DNA from: Chromobacterium rhizoryzae
GTDB taxonomy: Bacteria; Pseudomonadota; Gammaproteobacteria; Burkholderiales; Chromobacteriaceae
Direction: 5' to 3'
DNA: 24,000 nt
Assembly: GCF_020544465.1 (NCBI RefSeq)
Contig: NZ_CP066126.1
Span: 2,877,260-2,901,259, forward strand
Shown: positions 18,697-24,000 of the stretch, one piece after another
How positions within the stretch are numbered: the first letter of the stretch is position 1
Layout of the letters: each line of letters opens with the position of its first letter
The notes under the pieces: generated by a model
Seen by the model: only the letters and a program-made list of their open reading frames with translations
The model's database searches: none
What the model was told of the DNA's origin: nothing
Position numbers and translations under genes: made by a program

Positions 18697-21600
18697 TCAG
18701 AACTCTTCCCACGGCGCATGCGCCAGCGGTTCGTCGACGATCACAAAATCGGTGGGCGCGGCGCCCGCGCCATCGAGATAAGCCGCCTTGAAGACCTTGC
18801 GCTCCAGCGCCAGGCGCAGCCGCTGACCGCGCGCGCCCGCGCCCAGGCGGATCAGCGCGCGCTGATTGCCCGGCGCCCACAGCGTCTGGCTCACGCCGGC
18901 CGCATTGCCGGCCGCCGGGGTCAGATCCAGCCAGACTTGCTCGGTCATCTGCCAGCGTTTGCTGGGCGGCGTGTCGCCGCTGGGCTCCTCGCTGGGCAGC
19001 GGGCGGGTGCGGCGCATGGGTTCGGGGGCGTCTATCATCACCGCCACCGGCTGCGGCGTGGCCGCGGGGTTGGCCTGTTCCCAGAACACGACGACGCGCG
19101 GCTCCTTGGGCACCGGCATCGGCTCCAGCCCGGCGGCCATCATCGCCTGATCCAGCTCCGGCCCCTGCGGGTCCCGGCTGGCGAAGGCGGCGGTGGCGAA
19201 AATGCCCTGCATGGCCCCCGTCGGCGCGTAACGATGCTCGGTCAGCACGCCCTGGAAGGCGGTGGCGAACGCGTCGAAGGTGCCGAAGGCGCCGGTTGAG
19301 AAATGCCGCCGCAGCACGCGCTCGCCCACGGCATTCTTGGGCGCGCCCATGGGCACGGCTTCGATGTCCAGCACGTAGTCGGTGTAGGGATCGAGCGGGA
19401 TCGGGAGGGTCAGCTCGCTGTGACGCGAGCGGTCGACATCGACCGGGATGCACGGCCCGAACTCGGCCAGCTTGTCCACCAGCGCGCCTTCGAACGGCGA
19501 CATCACGCTCGCCTTCACATCGCCCAGCTTGGGCTGGATGCCGGCGCCGCCCCCGGCGGGATGGACGATGGGCACAGGATGCTCGATGCCCGGCACGTTC
19601 ACCTGGGCGAACGAGGCGGCCTTCAGGCGCACGCGCAATTCCTTGCCGTAGGCCCCCCACAATTTGTCCACATCGTTGGTCCCGAACACCAGGCGCACGT
19701 GCTCCTCGCCAAAATAATGCGCTTCCCCGGCGGCCGGCAGCGTGCACAGCATCCACGGTTCCAGCGATTTGGGGCTGTTGGCGTCGGTGCGGAACCAGAA
19801 GTCCTGCGTCTGCGCGCCGCCGTCGGTTTCGTTGCCGGCTTTGTCGCGGGCGCGGATATGGACCGTGGTGCGCAGGTGGTACAGCTCGTCCGGCGCCAGC
19901 AAGGCCACGTCGCCGCTGGCGGCGCCCAGCAATTGCTCCAGCACGCCGCGGTTGCGCTGGGTCTGGCGTTGATCCCAGTCTTCGCGCGCGGCCTCGGCCC
20001 AGCGGGTGAACTCCAGCGCGGCCACATAGTACGGCCGCCCGCTCACCTCGCGTTTCTTGGCCGCGGCCGGGTCCTTCGCGTGCGGCACGCCGATCTCGAT
20101 GCGGTCCAGCTTCTCCGCCTTGTCCAGGTGGATCAGATACGGCACATAGCCCTGCGCCTGCATCAGCTGGGATTGCAGCACCACGTGGGACACCGGATCC
20201 ACCCACGGCCCGTTGGCGTCCGTCCAGCGCGGCGGCAGGCCGAGCAGGCCAAGCGCGTCGGCGTTGCTCACCACGCGGCGGCCGATCTCGGCGCCGCTCA
20301 CGTCCAGCAGACGCAGCACCAGGCCGCGCGCCGGCGTGGGGTTGGGCGGCAGTTCGCGCCGGGCCAGCAGCAGGATGCGGCCGTCGACGATGGCGCCGCA
20401 GCTCACCACGATCACATCGTCCAGCGGGCCTTGCTTGAAGCCGGCCTGCTCCAGTTGCGCGGCCACCTCGCCCGCGCGGCGCTTGTCGCCGAACACCACC
20501 GGCAGGCCGATGTCGTACAGCGGAGACGCCAGCAGACGGCTGTCGCAGCGGCGCGGCGGCACGGTGGCGGCGCCCGGCGCGGCGGCCGACGGCGCCAGCG
20601 TGGCCAGGCCGGCGCTGATCTGCGTCAGCGCCGCTCGGTTGATGACGGTGCTGCTCGCCAGCTGGCGCACGGTGTCGGCAAACGCGACCGGGGCGACGTC
20701 GATGCGGTCGGTCCGGCGCAGCGCGATGGACGGCGCGGTGGCGGCTTCCAGCACCGCGCGTCCGACGGCGAGACGGCTGGCGAAACCCGACAGATTAAGC
20801 GGCGCGGCGACGCCCGCGGGCACGGTGGAGGACGGCAGTCCGGGCTTCTGGCGGCACGGCACTTGCGTGCCCGCGATGACGGCCGGCACGATGCCGCGCT
20901 GGCGGTCCAGCTGGCGCTGGCCGGTGCGCCAGCGTTCGCTCACCTCCAGCTCCAGGTCCGGCGCTTCCGAGCGCTTGGTCTTGTCCGGGTCCGGCCAGGC
21001 GATGCCGTCCACCTGCCAGCCGGTTTCCGACGGGCCACTGGGTTCGTGCTCGAAGGTCCAGAGCACGGCGGCGGCGGGCGCGGCGTCGTGGCAGACGGTA
21101 CCCCAGCGTTCGGTGATGTTTTCTTCCAGGAACTGGCTGCGCTCCAGCGCCTTGGGCGTGGGGTTGGGCACCCAGTTCAGCAGGGACAGATTGGCGACGA
21201 GATTGCCTTCGGTGGGGTCGTTCAGCGTCCACCAGGTCGACGGCGTCGGCCCCGGGCCGACCGCGACGCCGCCGTCGGCGCGCGTCAGCTCCACGGCGGT
21301 CACGTCGTAACGGTAGGCGTAGTCGCCGCGCTTGACGAAGCCGTCGGCCGGCGCGCCGGGCGATCCGCCCGGCGTCTGGCCCAGAATCGTCAGCGCGTCG
21401 TCCACCGGGGTGGCCGACATCGTGATCACCGGAATGGCGTCAATGGGCACCACCGGCAAGGCCGGATTGTTGGCGGCCGGCTGCGACGCGCCGCGCAGCG
21501 CGTCGCCGATTTTCGAATCAATGCCGCGGTCCACCCCGGTGCCCACCACCAGCGCGGGCGAACGGCTGACCAGGCTCACCGCCCGGACCAGCTCGGGCGC

Positions 21601-24000
21601 GGCCGGGATGATGGGGTTTTGCTCGCCGATGTGGAAATCGACGCAGCCCTTGATGCTGAAGAAGAACAGATCGATCTCGCCGCAGATCTCGCCGTCTATC
21701 CGCGAGATCTGCGAGCCGTCGGACTTGGTGCCGATCTGCACCGTCAGATCCGCCGACGCGCTGATGCTGATGATGAACAGGTGCAAGTCCCCGCGGACGT
21801 AGAGCAGGCCGCCCACGTAGAACGGGTCGAAACCGAGCACCGCGTTGAAACCGGCGGTGGCGCGCAGATAAAGGTTGATCGAGGTGTTGCCCCAGGTGAT
21901 GGACACCTCCAGGCCCACGGCCAAGCCCACGCCCGAGACCGCCGACAAGCCCTTGTACGCCGGGATGCCGTGCCCAGACACCATCACATAGCCCTGGCCG
22001 TCGAACACCTTGAGGATGTTGGCGTGGATGGGGCCCGGCAGCGGACGGTTCATGCTGTCGCTGCCCGGGAAGGTGCCCAGGTAGACGTGCCAGTCGCCGC
22101 CGTGATTGAGGTTGAAATACGCCTCGATCGGGATGGTGATCTGCACGATGGGGGTGATCTTGAAATCGATGGACAGCCCAATGGTCAGCGTGCCGCGGCC
22201 GAAGTCGAGATCGATCACGCACAGGAAGGTGCCTTCGGCGGTTTTGTCCTTGAGGTCCGGCAGCTTGGCCAGCAGATTGGCCTTGACCACCAGCAGCAGG
22301 CGCGGCCCCGGCAGTTCCAGCAGGACCATCCCCTTGACGTTGAAGATGATGCCGCCTTCCATCGTGCCCAGGATGGCGCCCACGCCGAAGGCCCAATGGT
22401 CTATCTGCGGCTTCCACGCCTGAAGGTTGGTCGGATTGCCCTGGGCCCGGTCCTTGAGCCAGGTGAGCGCGGGCGTCAGCGAGGTGATGCCGTCCTCGTT
22501 GCGGGTGTAGTGCATGGCGAACAGGCCGAGGAAGCCGTAAATGCCGAAGCCGGACTGCGCCAGCGGTATCGCCACCGGCAGCTCCAGTTCCAGCGAGATC
22601 GCCACCGCCGTGGCCGGCCCGCCCAGGGCCGCCGGGATGTCGGACACCGCGATGCCCGCCGCCAGCCGCAGCTTGATGGGCACCAGCGATACGTCGATCT
22701 GCCCCTTGATCTCGAACGGGTTGGCGTTGATCTCCATATAGCCGCGCCCTTCTATGGTGCCCGGCACCTTCAGGCTGGCGGCGAAGGCCGTCAATTCCGG
22801 CGGACCCGCCGGATCCACGGGAATGCGCACCCGCGCGCGTTCTATGGTGATCACGCCCAGGTTGACCGCGAAACCGAGATCCACTTCGAAGGTCAGCGGA
22901 TTGGTCCGCGCGATGCGCGCGCCCAACACCTGGATGATCTGGCCCAGCGGGTCCGGCACGCGCACCGCGCCCGGCCCCGACAGGTCGATGGAATAACCCT
23001 TGGACGAATCGAACATCGGCCGCAGCTGGAAGCGGTTGGCCGAGCCCGGCGGATAGCCCATCTGCAGACCTATCGCCTTGTAGCGCACCGCCAGCGGCTT
23101 GTTGCGCGGAATCTCCAGCAGCTGGAAGCCGCCGATGGAGACATTGGCCGACACCGCCGTTTCCACGTCGAACAGCAGCGTGGAAACCCACTGCCCCGCT
23201 CGCGTCGTCACATGCAACTCGCCGCCGTACAACACCACGCGCTCCACATTGAACAGGCCCAGCTCCGCCAGCGTGATGGGCAGCGCGAGCGCGGCCCCGG
23301 TCAGCACCAGGGCGCCGACGTCGCCGTCGGCCGGATTGGCGGGCGCGGTGGCGGCCAGCAGCGGCGTGAACACCGTGGTCATGCCCAGCACGTTGCGGCC
23401 GGTGCTGGGGGCTTGCAGCGGCTGGCCGGCCAGCTGCCCCGTCATCACCAGGCCGTCGCGGTCGTTGGGATCGGCGCCCAGGTAGAGCTTGACCTCGTCG
23501 GTCTGGCTGGCCGGATCGCGCTGGTAGAGGATCTGGTAATTGACGATGCCGTCCGACGGGTTCTGGCTGCCCAGGCCCTGGAAGGTGGGGATGTCGCCCT
23601 GGGCGACGCCGCCGTTGCGCAGCCGCTGTTCGGCCGCGGTTTCAAAGTCGATCGACCCGCTCAATTCAATGGCGACGAACTGATCGCGCACGATGCGCAC
23701 CTTGAGCGCGGCGGAGCGGAACCAGTCCGGCGGCGGCGGCGTGGCGGGCGCGGGATCCCGCGTGGGGATGGTGGGCGGCGGCGGCGGCGGGGCCGCCGGC
23801 CGCGTGGCGTCGCCCTGGGTGACGGTGCCCGGCAAGGCGATGGGCCCGAAGCCGCCGATGCTCGCCTTCCACCACAGATTGCGCGCGCCGGAATGCGTCT
23901 GCCAGTCCGCGGTCCAGGCCGGCGGCGGCTCCGCCGCGCCGATGTCGGGCGGGTCCAGCGTCAGCGTAAAGCTGGGGATGCGCAGATTGGCGTCCGGATT
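18697..24000 (-). CDS. Giant hypothetical protein A, C-terminal 1767 aa visible (N-terminus beyond the window), with a proline-rich hinge and a long beta-rich body
   Basis: Track ORF 18697..23835 starts at a TTG. Hand translation of 24000-23836 in the same frame (NPDANLRIPSFTLTLDPPDIGAAEPPPAWTADWQTHSGARNLWWKASIGGFGPIA) has no stop, so the gene continues upstream. Composition is ordinary and globular in this frame only. Confidence 0.8.
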   Translation of the reverse strand, partial: NPDANLRIPSFTLTLDPPDIGAAEPPPAWTADWQTHSGARNLWWKASIGGFGPIALPGTVTQGDATRPAAPPPPPPTIPTRDPAPATPPPPDWFRSAALKVRIVRDQFVAIELSGSIDFETAAEQRLRNGGVAQGDIPTFQGLGSQNPSDGIVNYQILYQRDPASQTDEVKLYLGADPNDRDGLVMTGQLAGQPLQAPSTGRNVLGMTTVFTPLLAATAPANPADGDVGALVLTGAALALPITLAELGLFNVERVVLYGGELHVTTRAGQWVSTLLFDVETAVSANVSIGGFQLLEIPRNKPLAVRYKAIGLQMGYPPGSANRFQLRPMFDSSKGYSIDLSGPGAVRVPDPLGQIIQVLGARIARTNPLTFEVDLGFAVNLGVITIERARVRIPVDPAGPPELTAFAASLKVPGTIEGRGYMEINANPFEIKGQIDVSLVPIKLRLAAGIAVSDIPAALGGPATAVAISLELELPVAIPLAQSGFGIYGFLGLFAMHYTRNEDGITSLTPALTWLKDRAQGNPTNLQAWKPQIDHWAFGVGAILGTMEGGIIFNVKGMVLLELPGPRLLLVVKANLLAKLPDLKDKTAEGTFLCVIDLDFGRGTLTIGLSIDFKITPIVQITIPIEAYFNLNHGGDWHVYLGTFPGSDSMNRPLPGPIHANILKVFDGQGYVMVSGHGIPAYKGLSAVSGVGLAVGLEVSITWGNTSINLYLRATAGFNAVLGFDPFYVGGLLYVRGDLHLFIISISASADLTVQIGTKSDGSQISRIDGEICGEIDLFFFSIKGCVDFHIGEQNPIIPAAPELVRAVSLVSRSPALVVGTGVDRGIDSKIGDALRGASQPAANNPALPVVPIDAIPVITMSATPVDDALTILGQTPGGSPGAPADGFVKRGDYAYRYDVTAVELTRADGGVAVGPGPTPSTWWTLNDPTEGNLVANLSLLNWVPNPTPKALERSQFLEENITERWGTVCHDAAPAAAVLWTFEHEPSGPSETGWQVDGIAWPDPDKTKRSEAPDLELEVSERWRTGQRQLDRQRGIVPAVIAGTQVPCRQKPGLPSSTVPAGVAAPLNLSGFASRLAVGRAVLEAATAPSIALRRTDRIDVAPVAFADTVRQLASSTVINRAALTQISAGLATLAPSAAAPGAATVPPRRCDSRLLASPLYDIGLPVVFGDKRRAGEVAAQLEQAGFKQGPLDDVIVVSCGAIVDGRILLLARRELPPNPTPARGLVLRLLDVSGAEIGRRVVSNADALGLLGLPPRWTDANGPWVDPVSHVVLQSQLMQAQGYVPYLIHLDKAEKLDRIEIGVPHAKDPAAAKKREVSGRPYYVAALEFTRWAEAAREDWDQRQTQRNRGVLEQLLGAASGDVALLAPDELYHLRTTVHIRARDKAGNETDGGAQTQDFWFRTDANSPKSLEPWMLCTLPAAGEAHYFGEEHVRLVFGTNDVDKLWGAYGKELRVRLKAASFAQVNVPGIEHPVPIVHPAGGGAGIQPKLGDVKASVMSPFEGALVDKLAEFGPCIPVDVDRSRHSELTLPIPLDPYTDYVLDIEAVPMGAPKNAVGERVLRRHFSTGAFGTFDAFATAFQGVLTEHRYAPTGAMQGIFATAAFASRDPQGPELDQAMMAAGLEPMPVPKEPRVVVFWEQANPAATPQPVAVMIDAPEPMRRTRPLPSEEPSGDTPPSKRWQMTEQVWLDLTPAAGNAAGVSQTLWAPGNQRALIRLGAGARGQRLRLALERKVFKAAYLDGAGAAPTDFVIVDEPLAHAPWEEF

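Noticed and set aside
18686-20206. The 507-aa N-terminal extension of track ORF 14915..20206, which would make protein B 1763 aa
   Set aside because: It overlaps the 3' 1.5 kb of protein A out of frame and is Arg/Gly/Ala-rich low complexity. A clean SD-ATG (TGAGGAGCCCCGAGATG) at 18685 marks where protein-like sequence begins.
11956-21310. Long plus-strand ORFs inside the GC-rich island (11956..14259 767 aa, 14720..15901 393 aa, 16256..18781 841 aa, 18718..19299, 19296..20009, 20213..21310)
   Set aside because: These are antisense shadows of the giant minus-strand genes. Their translations are dominated by Arg/Gly/Ala/Pro runs (RRGRRGG..., GRHGRPRRAEDG...), as expected for stop-poor frames in sequence of about 75% GC. 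They have no SD-start context.
15351-23191. Alternative-frame minus-strand ORFs 15351..17036 (561 aa) and 21518..23191 (557 aa)
   Set aside because: They are fully nested in the giant genes in another frame. Their composition is extreme in Arg/Gly/Ala/Pro/His, which is not protein-like.

Overview
This is a GC-rich proteobacterial chromosome segment; the taxon cannot be determined from sequence alone. It has two compositionally different halves.

Left half (1 to about 11.8 kb, moderate GC), minus strand:
- A PAAR-domain (T6SS spike-tip) gene, translationally coupled to a downstream unknown gene that runs off the left edge.
- A 1117-aa CHASE3-PAS-PAS-GAF-GGDEF(degenerate)-EAL c-di-GMP signalling protein.

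Left half, plus strand:
- An E. coli-style beta-glucoside operon, bglG-bglF-bglB, with two textbook RAT/terminator antitermination modules.
- An OprB-family carbohydrate porin and a 102-aa helical unknown.

Flanking the c-di-GMP gene are two copies, plus a third partial copy, of a conserved leader of about 170-200 nt. Its Shine-Dalgarno and start codon can be sequestered by an upstream complementary block. One copy precedes a 96-aa Cys/His-rich small ORF.

Right half (11.8-24 kb, visibly much higher GC) holds three tandem, translationally coupled giant minus-strand ORFs: more than 1767 aa (cut by the window edge), 1256 aa and 1032 aa. I cannot assign them to a named family by eye. The only signatures are an FN3-like motif, proline-rich linkers and a catalytically degenerate PLD-like C-terminal domain. 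This operon is the best candidate for an undescribed system.

I recognised no rRNA, tRNA, CRISPR array, transposase or integrase.
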